64,000 bases of DNA from Octopus vulgaris (GCA_951406725.2 OX597814.1:179924001-179988000); one strand, 5' to 3'. Shown: positions 1 through 13,445, counted from the stretch's first letter. Notes: generated by a model not told the origin, from the sequence alone. Made by a program: numbers and translations.

Positions 1-252
1 ACATACACTTTTTTTAATATCAGCAATTTAATATATTTTATAGAATATACTGCAAAATTCTTGTCGCATTCAACGAAAAGTGCTGCAATATATCTCACAG
101 GAGCTTGTTGACAAGAGTTACAGTGAGAACCTAACTTAAACATTTGAACCTAATTTATGAAGCCGTATTTATTCACTTAGCTGATTACTCACATTTCTCT
201 GTATTCTTTGTCTCCTGTTTTATTATATTGTTTATATAACACTAATGGATAT

Positions 253-379
<127 letters not shown>

Positions 380-1279
380 TGTATATATGTATGTATGTAA
401 ACGTGTTTGTGTGCGTGTATCAGGGACTACATTACTACAATGTGTTTTTTTTTTTAGGGAGAATTGGCTGCATTTTGTAGGTTGAGTAATCACGTAAAGT
501 CCCAAACAACCTCTGATGTTGAGAACACACTCCACAAAAGAAAAATCATAAAAAGACTCAGAAAATTAAAATCATATAACCTAATTCTAGAGTCAGAAAT
601 CAATATTATATTTTATGCATCCTTCTCGGTTTCACTGCCAAGTGAACATGACAAAGAATGAGTCAGGAGCACATGACATCATTTTATAAGTATAGTTGAT
701 CCGATATATAAGCCAATTGAACAACCATATAGTTGAAAACGAATACATAGTTGATAATGTAAATTGTCCGCTTGGTCGTTCTACAACGATGCTATCAAAC
801 TAATAAGTTCTCGAATGTGTATTGTCTTGAACAGATATTCAGAATGTTAAACGTTATTTCACAAAAGCCACACTTTGATAAGGTTCCCTCAGTGTGGTAG
901 TTATAGCGTTCAAGAAGAGCATTCAAGAAGATATAAAAGTAACGTTCAGTTGTTTCTCGCTAAATTTATTCAATATTTCGTCAAAGTTAATAGGAAACCT
1001 AAGATTTAGTAAATTAAATACTTCTTGATTTTCTCAGCTATTGAATAACTTAATCACTTTTTATCTGGTATTTTCATCTCTATTTCCATACGGTTTAATG
1101 TATTCAGAATATAAAATAGGAATTTGCATCATACAATTTTAAACTAACTAATCTAACAGCTGATATCTAAATTATGTTTATATCGATTGTATGTTAATTG
1201 GAAATACAGTGCGTTTTTATTGCTTCCATTTTTAGCATAGGAACAGAGTCACATTAAATTGTAGTCAAATTTGGATATA

Positions 1280-1817
1280 CAGTGGTTGGACAAAATAATG
1301 GAAACACCTGAAAATTTCAAACAAATTTATTTTGATATGGGGTAGGACCACCTTTGGCAGTGATTACAGTCTGAATTCTACGAGGTATGGACTCGTAGAA
1401 AGCTTCAATTGTTTGCAAAGGAATTTATGTCCATTCTTCAGCTAAAACAGTATCCAGTTCTTGTAGTGATGATGGTGGAGGATATCAACTCCTTAATTGT
1501 TTTTTTATTACTAAAATACACCATAAATGTTCAATAATATTGAGATCTGTGAACTATGGTGGCCAGATAAGATGTTCCACTTCACTAGAATGTTCTTCGT
1601 GCCATTCAGTAACGACTTTAGCTATGTGAATTGGTGCAGATTAAATGCTTAGATAGTCTTGGCCATTAATTCTGCCATGAAAGGAAACCATTGGGCTGGC
1701 GGATTTCCAAGATAATAGCCCCCTCCCCAGATCATCACAGAACCTCTTCTGTGTTTAACAGTTGGAAAAAACCAGTCTGGGTCAAATGCTTCTTTTGGTT
1801 GTCTCCACACGTATACT
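1280..1817 (-). mobile_element. Tc1-like DNA transposon relic (one terminus plus C-terminal transposase, disrupted)
   Basis: TA|CAGTGGTTGGACAAAATAATGGAAACACC terminus at 1280. Minus-strand translation gives VYVWRQPKEAFDPD..PTVKH..GSVMIWG, WPP*FTDLNIIEHLW and YESIPRRIQTVITAKGGPTPY, typical Tc1 motifs, with stops and deletions. Confidence 0.9.
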
Positions 1818-3021
1818 GGAGAACTAATCCTTCAGATCTCCACCCCTTAAGGATGATTCGATCAGAGAGTACGCAATTTGGCGTTTCACACAGGTGAAAT
1901 GATTCTAAATATCTTATCCCTGTTATTGTATGTAGAATAAGACATGAAAATCAAAAACGAAATTGTAAGTATTCATCAACTAATCTAAGTAAATATGAGT
2001 TACACAGAACAATAGGCAAAACTCAACAGTAACTTATTCCAAAGCAGCAAGCTGTCAGAATCCTTATAGCGTCGAAAAATGCTTTGCGGCATTATTTGCA
2101 GTTATTTACAATCTGAGTTCAAAACCTGTAGATGTAAAGTATGCCTCTTGTTCTTTCTATGTCGATAAAATAAAGTACCAACCAGGTGGAGGAGTCCATT
2201 GAATTGACTTTTTTCCTTCCATTAAAAATTGCTAGCCCTTTGACCAACTCAGAAAAAAATACTTATTTATCTACTCCAGAGGATTTGTTACTTTCATACG
2301 CTCCGCTTATGGTGAGTGGTAGAACTGGGAGTTTTGTCAAGCACAAATTCTTCAAGAAGCCCATATCACTATCGCATCTTCTATATAAAAAAAAAAATTC
2401 GAGTGTCCTTTAATGTAGTCTGATGTGGTTGTCAGCAAGTGTGGAAGTAGAAAAATCTGAACCGATGTATACGTGAGTAAAAGGATGAAGGACCGCATCA
2501 TTTTTACAAGAACGATATTTCATTGGATTAGTAAATCTGCTAGTCCTATTCTTTATACCTAAATCTTTGCATCCTTTCTCGTACACATTCTATTGTTATA
2601 CATAAACGCTACTGACGTCTGAATAGGAATATAACTACAGTGTTTTTTTTGCGTACTTCTTCAATAATAGTTGTCACTAGGTATCCACGAGAACACTCTA
2701 TCATTCAGGACCATAGAGGTTGTAGATTCATCGAGACTCTGTGGTACGCTAGTATATATGATCAATTCATCCCGTATGTGGGAAGTAGCTGCTGTCGCGG
2801 CTTAGCTTCATGATGTATTATATTAGCATAAACGGTGATGATATACCTCTATTGTCTCTAAAGGAGACAGCTGTTGGTGCCATTATAAAACGAGACGAAA
2901 AGTTTGGTGAACTTTCTCCAAGATTCCTTCAAATTTATTGTACAGTTACGTTACAGTTTAGTTTCTGAGATAATCAATAATCAAATATGTAAAACTGATT
3001 ACGATGTAAATGATCAATTTC

Positions 3022-3057
<36 letters not shown>

Positions 3058-3063
<6 letters not shown>

Positions 3064-3188
3064 AGAGTTTTCGAAAAAAACAAAAGACGAAGACAGGTGG
3101 TGTACAAAACAAATAGATGTATTAGTATAACGCTCAGGAATAAAAAAAAAGTCTTTTACGTTTCGAACCTACGCTCTTCTACAGAAAG

Positions 3189-3192
<4 letters not shown>
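3058..3192 (-). mobile_element. PLE-derived terminal (pLTR-like) repeat with minimal hammerhead-like motif, between (TA)n runs
   Basis: Reverse complement of 40251-40383. Contains CTTT-CTGTAGA-A-GAG..TTC-GAAA-CG-TA-AAAG. Confidence 0.65.
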
Positions 3193-3223
<31 letters not shown>

Positions 3224-4594
3224 AACCCACATACATAATACATGCATATATAATTATATGTATATACGGAAACGCATTTGCAAGTACACTAATCAACCAT
3301 AACAATACTAACAATACACCTGGTCTGAAATATATCAAGCAAATATCAAAGTTTCCATGGTAATTCGGATTCCTGTAAATAATTTGAATCATTGAGACAC
3401 AATTGAGGAATTTGTTACATACAATGTACCCTGTGAAACTCAGTTTCCGTAAACTAATTCGTCTCCACGCTGAAAATGTAGAGATTTTTTAAACTGTCAC
3501 CTCACACAAATGCAATGAAGTACAAGACTAGCTGCTATGAGCAGCGCTAGCTTCGAGAAATTGAAGCGTTAAAACTGCACTTTTATATTCAATTCTGTCT
3601 TATCTTCTGAACATAATATATATATATAAGGCTAACAACAATTCCAAAGAAAGTTCTCCTTATGAATAAAAGAATGAATAGCTTCGCAAAGAATGACGAA
3701 ACGAACCAAATATTTCTTTTTATAAAATATACCTCTTCTATATAAGCTGGCCCACTAGGAAGACAGCCAGGCAGTAGAAACTCTAAAATAGCAACAAATT
3801 CCGATAAATGATTTAAAAAGAAAATTTGAATACTTTCCTCCTTGTAAGTTCGCATTATTTCAATTTAATTATATGAAAATATTTAACATTGTTCAGATTC
3901 CTATAAGAAGAACCAAGAATGTTTATTCATTTGATCGACATCTTATATTTCTATCTATCTATCGTTCTATTTATTTATATTTACCTTTTATCATTTTCTC
4001 TCTTCTTTTTTCAAATATTTATATCGTATAACTTTACGCTGTCATAGTCTTATGTTGATTTAAGCTGTGTCACTGTATTTGTATTTCACCCTCCTCTACT
4101 TCTCTCATCCTCTCTTTCTGTTTCTCTCTCAACCCAGTTCTATCTCTTCCGAATTTTCCTAACAATTACCACTGTTGTTGTTATTGCTGTTTCTATTTTT
4201 TATATTTTTATTTCAACAGAATCTCTAGTTTGCCACAGTTACAAGTACATAAGGAAAGTCTTTCACAAAGATAAAAAAGCAATCCTGATTCTTTTAGAAT
4301 ATCTAAATTACAAACCAGTTTTAGTTGTTGGCTGCATAAAATCTAATTATTTTAGATATTTGAGAATCCAGTGAATCATGATATTCAAACATAGACAGTT
4401 TTTCCTGTGCAACGATTAGGTCGATAAAATAAAAGAGCCAGTCATAATCTAGTGTCTACTAAACAAGTGTCTATAGTTTTCCCCTACTCTGCTACATTGG
4501 CTCCTTCACACATGAAAAGATAAGTTAAATCATTCGGCCTGGTTGTGTTATATATGTATATATATATGTGTTAATCTTTAGCAAGAATATATTG

Positions 4595-4639
4595 ACAGCG
4601 ACTTCGAAGTTTCGGCCAGCTAAGCCATCATCGGAATGT
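4595..4639 (-). ncRNA. Degenerate type-I hammerhead ribozyme motif
   Basis: Minus strand reads CCGATGA-T-GGC-ttagctg-GCC-GAAA-CTTCGAAG-TC. Stem III is palindromic with a GUC triplet. U4 is changed to C and stem I is weak. Confidence 0.55.
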
Positions 4640-7042
4640 GATGCATATTAAGATAGTCTTGGCTTTATAAGTCTCTGTTGAGATAAAATTTTCTTCTGAC
4701 GTTTGTGGCGTTCACTTGAATGGTAATTAGGTTGTGATGGGGAGGTGTTGCCGAAAAAGTTTTATTGATCAAATGTTGTTCAGAATGCATTTATGTGTAA
4801 CTTTGTAAGCAGGTGTATATATTTAGGTCTGTCAACTTCCGGTCACAGGATAGGTTTTAGTGTTTCACAAAATGGAAGTATGTAAGCAGTTTGGGGTCAG
4901 TGGTTGTGTCGGTAGTTTAACTTATTTTTGGCTTTATTGGATTTAATCCATTGCATTGGTGATGTAAAGATAAAAGTTCAAAGTTTAGTCCAGCATTCAA
5001 AAACTTATTAATTGGGTTTGTCAACTTTCTGAAATGAAATTTTTAAGAGTTCACAAAAGAATGTAATTAGGTGGTACAATTTTGGCCGGGCAGTACTTTC
5101 TTTACTTGCTCGTAATATTATTTAGGAGATTTCCTGTTTGTATTTTGAAGGTAGAAGTTCTCAATCGTGTATGTTGCTGTGCTTTCATGTTTACAATAGG
5201 ATGTCGGTAGGTGTAAAGAATATTATTCAGTATAATTCACTCTAGGGATTCGTTGTTCTATATGCAATTTGATCACAATGTAGAAATTTGTAATCTTTCT
5301 ATTTTCTGGGGACGGTGTGTCTGGGCAATGTTTTTATAAATATTTCTTCAATTTTGTTTCAAATATGGGTAATTTGTAATATATTCCTCTAGACCTGTGG
5401 ATATATGCAAAAGTAGGGCACTTCATGGTAGACTTACTCCGGACGACGGAGTAAGTCTACCACGAAAAACTTAGAACGCAATGAGCCGGAGCAAATACCG
5501 CAAAGCATGAGAATCGACGGTGCAGAAATGCAGGATTCTTTTTCAAGAGTTATTTCTTGATGAAAATATTGAAATAGGATTTTGTGACGTTAAAGCCATA
5601 TGGATTGCATTAATAGCTTAACCGAAGCTTAAAGACTGAACCTGCCTTATGAATTCGACTTGACATAAACATAGCACATCAAGCATGTACTCCATGAGAA
5701 CTAGATACCTTTTTCGAAATTGTTTCATTCAAGTGAACTGTCAGAAAGTGAATCTTTGATCCAATTTCCATAGTCTTCACAGAATTACAGAAATGGTGAT
5801 AAATTGAAAATATCAACGAGTTTAACCTATAAGGTCTTAAACAGGGAATAAAATATACCACCAATGTAAGTGACTATATCAATATCATTAAAATTTGTTT
5901 CTATATATAGAAACGGGTATATATAAAATGGTTGTTTTATATCTGATTATCTACTGTGCAAAGAACCGGATATCTGAATAAGCTTACAACTCTTAGCATG
6001 AAGAGTACGAGTAGAAGCTAACGTTGTTTGGAATAGCACCAGCGTCTCACCTTCAATTTCTTCTGAATATCTGAATATCTGGAGCTTCACATATTCTGTA
6101 CTTTCCACTTGAAAATACTGTAAATGCTTCAAACCGACAAACACCAAAAGAAAATGTTTATCTTTATCATTATTTCATTTTGATATCTCATACTTGTCTT
6201 CTGTCTTTAAATAAATGTATAGTTTCCTTACATTAATTATAATGAATGGCTTCTTGTATTCTTTAAATTAATAGGTTATTCACAATTTCCTTTAACCTCT
6301 TCTCTGTATATTGTCAAAAATGATTCTTTTGTATATTATGATAGATGTCTTATGAATGCTGCCAACAGTAGTCTTCTTAATCAATATTGAAATTTGAACT
6401 TTACGCTTTACAGAAAGCAAACTACTTAATAACGTTAAGAGTCTCCTACAGACTTATGAGAATCAATTTCTGTTTTGGGCAGAAGAGGAATAAGTAGTGA
6501 ATGATTCACTCCTCCTTGATTACTGTCATTAATCGTATTAATCTCAGATAAATAAAAAGAAAGCAAAATTCCTCAGATATTTCGATTCAAACTTGGGAAC
6601 TGAAACCTGTACAGTTGCAATTATCTCTTTTGATGTTATTAATACTAAAACAATGAGCAGTGGGGTCTATGAATTAACTTTCCTGAATATTGTTTAAAAC
6701 TCTTCAATAATATTATCACGAAAATTTCAATTAAAACTTATATGAATAGAATATCGAGCGTCATCTCAGATTGGTAAAATGCCAGTAATTGCAGAAGGGG
6801 TACATAATCTCTTAAATAAATTTCACTTCATTAGTTGCAATGGCTTTATTGATATTGCAGTGACGAAGATAAAGCCGATTCCAAAGGTGTTTGAACGAAA
6901 AACTCAAAGCGATAGATCTAAATACTGCAAGAAATAATGGAGAGCAATCTGCCGATTCCCTTTCTACACTGTGCTATGAATAATATTTGCAACACTGCTA
7001 TCTAAGCATTGGAAAAATAACACTAATGCAATTGCTTAGATC

Positions 7043-7123
<81 letters not shown>

Positions 7124-7414
7124 ATAGTACGTCAAAAATCTGCTCCTTGGTGCTTAAATTCCGCCGGGAATTTCGGCGCCAAGACAGACGATTTTCGTGT
7201 ACCACAATCTGTATGTTCTTATATGAAAGGATCTCTCAAGGCTATTTACGCAATATGCTGTGTTCTAAGAAGGCAGCAGTGTTAAGTTAGATATAAAGAT
7301 TACATTTTGTTATAAATACTGCTACCGTCGCTAAAATTAGTTATTCATAAGACTGCCGGCTATTTGCGACATCAATGTCTGAAAAGATTCTGATGTTCTA
7401 TATATCGTAGCAGC

Positions 7415-7728
7415 ACATGGAGGCACATGGCCTAGTGGTTAGAGCAGCGGACTCGCGGTCGAAGGATCGCGGGTTCGAATCTCAGATCGGGCGATGTGTG
7501 TGTTTATGAGTGAAAACACCTAAGCTAAACGCGGCTCTGGCAGAAGGTAATGGCGAACTTCTGCTGACTCTTTCGCCACACCTTTATCTCACTCTTTCCT
7601 CCTGCATCTTGCAGCTCACCTGCGATGGACCGGCGTCCCGTCCAGGTGGGGATTCTTTCTATACGCCAAGGAAACCGGGAAACCGGCCCTAATGAGCCAG
7701 GCATGGCTCGAGAAGGAACAAACAAAAA
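7415..7728 (+). mobile_element. tRNA-derived SINE, family A, with 13-bp TSD
   Basis: A box TGGCCTAGTGG, B box GGTTCGAATC, A-rich tail. ATATCGTAGCAGC is duplicated at 7402-7414 and 7729-7741. Confidence 0.9.
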
Positions 7729-8004
7729 ATATCGTAGCAGCGAGATTTGGCTGACATGTGATGACCAGACGCTTCACACTGACGATTTCCAGTAGAATGA
7801 AATCACGTGATGTGTGAATTCCGGCGCCCATGATGTGCGATTCTCGTCTGTTATGATCTATGTGTGTGCTTTTATGCACCAAGCACTTATATGAGAGAAT
7901 CTTGCTCGTCTAATAACGCAGTATCCGGTGTTCTAACAAGACATGGATGCCTCATTAGAATTTTATGTATGTATATATGTATATATATATGTATAAAATA
8001 TATA

Positions 8005-8190
8005 TATAAAAATACAAAATGAGACAAGAACGTAAAACGTTCAAATAGACGACACAAAAAAAACGGACGGGTCATTCGAAGCCTCTAATCTTCAGTCAAG
8101 AACCGGATCATCCTCGCAATTTCGGCTGATTAATCTTGAAATCGCTCCGATCCGGCCAGCCTCAAGGAAAAACTAAGCTACAAGCATTAG
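8005..8190. repeat. Dispersed repeat, copy 1 (copy 2 at ~59415-59600), probably PLE-related
   Basis: Shares TCTTCAGTCAAGAACCGGATCATC..AATTTCGGCTGATTAATCTTGA..GAAAAACTAAGC..AGCATTAG with 59415-59600. Confidence 0.75.
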
Positions 8191-8398
8191 GTAAATGTAA
8201 TATGTGATAATTATTCTGAAGCCATGATAAAACTCCGAGTTTCGGATGCTGAGGTGGAAATCCACGCCGCCATCTCTTCAGTTATCCGGCCATCGGAAAA
8301 AAAAACTGAAGAGATGTGGCGGCGTGGATTTCCACCTCAGCATCCGAAACTCGGTGCTTTATCATGGCTACCGAATAATTGTCACATATTACATTTAC
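8191..8398. repeat. Fold-back inverted repeat (~93-bp arms) carrying a hammerhead motif in each arm
   Basis: 8191-8283 is the near reverse complement of 8304-8398. Confidence 0.92.
8226..8286 (-). ncRNA. Type-I hammerhead ribozyme motif
   Basis: GATAA-CTGAAGA-GATG..CATC-C-GAAA-CTC-G-GAG-T-T-TTATC. Perfect 5-bp stem I, near-palindromic stem III, GUU triplet. Confidence 0.72.
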
Positions 8399-8471
8399 AG
8401 ATAAATTCCTCTATTCACATAATATCGAGGTCTCTTTCTTTCTCTTGTTGTCTTACCTTTTTTTATCAATA

Positions 8472-8509
<38 letters not shown>

Positions 8510-9741
8510 AATATATATCAAACGCACCAACATTCATATAAACATACATATATGAAGACAAAGGTAGTAAATCCTCTATCTGATAAAACTATGAGCTGTG
8601 TACAGATCTTTAAAACGTGGCGTTGACAGGAATATCACTGAGAGAAGTAAATAATCATATACAATATAATAAAAACACACAAAGGAAACAAAAAGAACTA
8701 TACACAATATAAATACGTAAATCTAAAATTAATTAATCATGGGAACCTATCCAAATGGAACTAGTGATGTCATTATACAATGGAGCTGTAGATGTATTAT
8801 GGAATTTGGAGATGGTGATATGGAAATCATCTTAGAAACTCCATTTTCTTGCTGTCTTTATATTCCTCATTGACAGAATAATGCGATTATATCTTGGATT
8901 GCATTGATTGTTTTGTGTGTAAATGTGTGTGTGTGTGTGTGTGTGTGTGTAGTTTGTGTATGCAGTATCTACTGAAGGGTCACCGGAATATACCTCATAT
9001 GTGTATTCTAGTATTTCGCCACTGAGGTAAGTTTGTGTGAACTAATGACTGGCTTCCGATAAATTTACAAGCACTCACATAGGGGAGACACGCAGATATA
9101 GATATCAACTGATATCATTGTTCGCGTGTATGCGTGTGTTTGCATAAATATACACATAAATATATATGTATGTATATATATATATGTGTGTGTGTGTGTA
9201 TAGATAGATACACACATACATGTACACAAATATGCATTTGTATATGTGTCTATGAGCGTATATATATATATATATTCATAAATACATACACACATAAATG
9301 TACACATATTCACTTGTCTGTATACATATGTATAAACACATATACATCTTTGAAATCATAATCATGCAAATTTGATTTCTATCCATTTTTATCTTGAGAG
9401 CATTACATCCAAGTAAGGTTGTCATAGAAACTAGCAGAAACATACAATTGTTTATTTGTTTATGGCCTTATTGCATTTTATGCTATGCATTTCATTGTTT
9501 TTGGTTTTTTACTACTTTACAACTTCCTTTTATATTTGATATTTTTTTTAGTTTTGTCATTGTTATTGTATGTACCATATGAAAATTACAATTGTGTGAG
9601 CTCGTGTTGATACGAAGAAATTGTAGTGCTTTGGCTCTTACCACACACGCATACATTGACTTATATACATACGTCCACACGACACACATGCGACCACACA
9701 CACAAATACGCAAGTTTACATACGTATATGCATATCTATTG

Positions 9742-9772
<31 letters not shown>

Positions 9773-11001
9773 CATATACATATAGATATATATACATATA
9801 TATGTATGTATGAATATGTATACATATATATGTGTATGTATATGTATATGCATCATATATATGTGTATATGTGCACGTTTACGTATATATGATATATATG
9901 TGTGCATATGTATATCATATATGTATATACGTATATATATACATATAGATACACACACATATATATATATATTTATATATATATATATACATATATTTAT
10001 ATGTGTATATATATATATATATATATACATATATATATGCATGTTCCAATATTCTTTACCTTGGTTATTGTCGAATAATCGCAATATTTATATGTGTGGA
10101 AAACATATATGTGAAAAACCGTCATAAATTTGACAAGTGAAGTCATACTGGAAAGCAAAAAAGAAAAAGAAAACAAATTGTTCGTCGAACTTGCAGTAAA
10201 CATTGTTTGGCCATAATAAATTTACAATGTTATAGGCTACTTGTTTTCATTGGTTAGCGAGATCTAAAACTGGATATGGTAATTTATGACACATGTCTTG
10301 ATCTGTCGCATAAAACAATATAAACACGATCGGTTAAACTCGTGTCTCTTTCCGATCTTTTGAGAAGGAATTGATGAGCCAACGTGGCAAAAACACACTA
10401 TGCTGTCGCTAGACATGTTAAAAAAAAACAACATTTAAGTTTCTTTCAATTGATGCTATTATTTTAAAAAAGTTAATAGGTACGCTGTATATTGTAGATC
10501 TTGATGCAATATATTACGTGGGTTCACGGTTAGAATATCCTTCATTTTACATTTGCCGAATGAATATAGACCTGGGGTTAGAACATAACAACAACGACAG
10601 TAATAACAATAGTCAACAGAGCACTTTACATTCGCTTTTAGAGAAATTTAGTCATAGAAGAAGATAAAATATTTGACAAGAGAAAAATACTGGTTCCTAA
10701 TTTTGGTATACTGTAAGCACTTTGGTGGAGAGGATGAGTAGTCAATAGGTGGACCATTCAGTACTTGGTTGCTAGTTTGTTTTAACGAAATCTGAGGGAG
10801 GAAATGAAAACTAGCATAAAGAGCCGAAACGAATGCGACAACGCATTTTTTTCCGAAGCCCTAATGATTCTGCTAGACTGGTGGATTAAATGGTATCGAA
10901 CCATAAAGAGAGCTCGACACGTTGTTTAAACGGGTTAGAAACGGCAGCTGCTCACTCTTTGTAATCTTACAAAAATGTATGGTCTTGTTATACTATAATT
11001 C

Positions 11002-11181
11002 TGTGGCTGTGTGGTAAGTAGCTTGCTTACCCAACCACATGGTTCTGGGTTCAGTCCCACTGCGTGGCACCTTGGGCAAGTGTCTTCTACTATAGCCTCG
11101 GGTGACCAAAGCTTTGTGAGTGGATTTGATAGACGGAAAATAAAAGAAGCCTGTCGTAAATATGTATATATATATATATAT

Positions 11182-11222
<41 letters not shown>

Positions 11223-11430
11223 TGTGTCTGTGTTTGTCACTCCAGCATTGCTTGATAACTGATGCTGGTGTATTTACGTCCCCGTAAATTTGCGGTTCGG
11301 CAAAAGAGACCGATATAATAAGTGCTAGGCTTACAAAGAATAAGTCCTGTGGTCGATTTGGTCGACTAAAGGCGGTGCTCCAGCATGGCCGTAGTCAAAT
11401 GGCTGAAACGAGCAAAAGATTAAAAGAGAG
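11002..11430 (+). mobile_element. tRNA-derived SINE, family B (internal TA/TG microsatellite, LINE-like tail)
   Basis: TGGCTGTGTGG A box, GGTTCAGTCC B-box-like motif, tail GGCGGTGCTCCAGCATGGCC..CTGAAAC. Homologous to the copies at 22553, 48432 and 57043. Confidence 0.9.
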
Positions 11431-12169
11431 TATACTTATTTTTGCAACGACGTGTTGCGTTAAACATTAAATGTTGCCAGCTGAATCAAGATTGATATAG
11501 AGTAAACAATAACAGTAGTAGCGACAACACGACAATTAACAAGAACCGTAGCCACAGTTGTAGAAACCACCAATAGCATAAATACTCTGCTAATAGCTTT
11601 GTCGAAACATCTGGAATATCTTTTTATACCTATTAGAAGTGAAATTCTGGAATGATTAATCACTGCAACAGAATGGAAATAATGTGAAGTTTCACTCAGA
11701 CTGTCTCTAATATGAATAAAATGCCGGAATCAACGTAGTTGTTAAAACTATTAAAAACAGAATTCAAATTTTGCCTTCACACCTTAAATACATTGGACAA
11801 AGGAGCGTTATATGTAGAACAGAAAATGCCATGACGTGAATGCTTTTGACCAAAGGTCTACACAAAGAATGTTCTTGTGATTCAATTATGAGCTGCCAGC
11901 GATTCTTTCTTCCTACCACAATGAGAAAGGCTAAACAAGGAGCTAATATCTGAATATTTATGCTCTCAATCATCTCTTCTTTTCACTGCATAGCTACTGT
12001 AGTGCACTATAAGGTAGCTAAGTTCAAAGGGAACAGGAGAGAAATTTGTAAGGGGTTACAAGAGATTTCAAAATGCATAACAGTTTTATTCTCTCTGAAT
12101 CTCAAAATATATTCATAAGCCGAAATAACAAGCATACCAATTTATAATTATATAATGTATATGAAACTA

Positions 12170-12401
12170 GTTTGTTTTGTTTTGTTTTGTTTTTCCAGTT
12201 TCAGCTCTTGAGCCGTGGCCATGCTGGGGCACCGCCATTGTGGTGAAAGAGTACAGCAGGGATCACCACCCCCTGCCGGAGCCTCGTAGAGCTTTTAGGT
12301 GTTTTCGCTCAATAAACACACACAACGCCCGGTCTGAGAATCGAAACCGCGATCCTGCGACCGCGAGTCCGCTGCCCTAACCACTAGGCCATTGCGCCTC
12401 T
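12170..12401 (-). mobile_element. SINE family A variant ending in a CR1-like LINE tail
   Basis: Family A head followed by GGCGGTGCCCCAGCATGGCCACGGCTC..GCTGAAAC and (AAAAC)n. Confidence 0.88.
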
Positions 12402-13004
12402 AGTATTTGGCATTTATATATTGTATATATTATAATAGGTGTTGCACTATATTTAATTTTGTTGTTTTCTTTGTTGTTGTGTCTTAATGTTATATTTTGA
12501 AACATCGAAGGGCAAGAGCTGAATGTAAGAGTATAATATAATTTTATTATACGCATGAAAATATTCCACTTTAATTAAACTACCTACTGATTCTTTGCAC
12601 AAAAATTGAATTTGTGTAACCTATCACTTATACACCCTTTAAAATATAGAGCATAATCTATTCGAGAAAAGTCAATACTATAAGTTTTTGTTTTGTTTCG
12701 AGGAATTAGAGGTGTGCTCAGTTCATTTATGCTTCCTGTCTAGCATCAATTGTGGTCTAAAATGAGGAACTTTGCGTACGCTTTTGTAGAAAGGTTTTGT
12801 TTTATTTTATTTTTCCTACGCTTCATATCTATTTTTCCATTGTACTGAGAACTTGTCGAATAATTTTTGATGATCGGAGATGGAATTTTTGTACTGCATC
12901 TACTTCATGGTAAAAATTAAGTTGTCCAAAGTTTTTCGCAACTTGTTTGTCAATCTTCTTAAGGCTCCAATAGTAATCAGAAGTCTTAAAACTTTGTTAA
13001 CTCC

Positions 13005-13445
13005 TCAGTTCCATGACTCATGGATTTCATACTTGAGATTGATGTAATACTCTACTTTCCCTTGCTCCTTTTTATTTTGGTGGAAAATGGGCATAGTGCC
13101 AAGGACTCCAAATTTGCCATCAAGATGTAGGACAAGATACTGTGATAGCCTGGGCTTCAGAAGTCTACAGCTCTTCAATATCCTCCCGAAGGACCTGAGA
13201 GACCTGAATGGGGTGGATGCAGATGTCTTTAAAATAAAACTGGATCTCTTCCTGTCAGGTGTCCCAGATGAACCAACTTCACGGCAGGAGGTGCAAATGA
13301 GGGCAGCTGCATCAAACTCTCTCATGCATAAAATGTCAATTGCTAAAAGGCATTTGTGAAGTAAAATCATGTAGCAACACCGAATGGCGGTGCCCCAGCA
13401 TGGCCACAGCTCGTGAGCTGAAACTAGATAAAATAAATAAATAAA
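13005..13445 (+). mobile_element. 5'-truncated CR1-like LINE 3' end (ORF2 C-terminus, 3'UTR, (TAAA)n)
   Basis: ORF 13087-13359 reads LFNILPKDLRDL..FKIKLDLFLSGVPDEP..RAAASNSL, followed by a 3' tail and A-rich repeat. Clade assignment is from motif memory. Confidence 0.78.

Noticed and set aside
2060-2255. Very degraded family C-like SINEs (also ~6850-6960, 10690-10880, 28750-28935, 29380-29530, 47960-48020)
   Set aside because: Probably real, but the boundaries are too uncertain to list individually.
1893-2480. Small exons suggested by CAG|..|GTAAGT and GTGAGT signals
   Set aside because: The first candidate has stops in all three frames, the others are tiny, and no coherent reading frame links them.
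3745-3795. Hammerhead-like CTAGGAAGAC..GAAACTCTAAAATA
   Set aside because: The core and stems I and III do not pair convincingly.
4219-4375. Exon-like frame SLVCHSYKYIRKVF.. faintly resembling sulfotransferases
   Set aside because: The resemblance is too weak, the frame ends in a stop, and there are no supporting neighbouring exons.
7418-7492. tRNA gene
   Set aside because: The A/B boxes belong to a multi-copy SINE head followed by SINE body and TSD; there is no proper acceptor stem or terminator.
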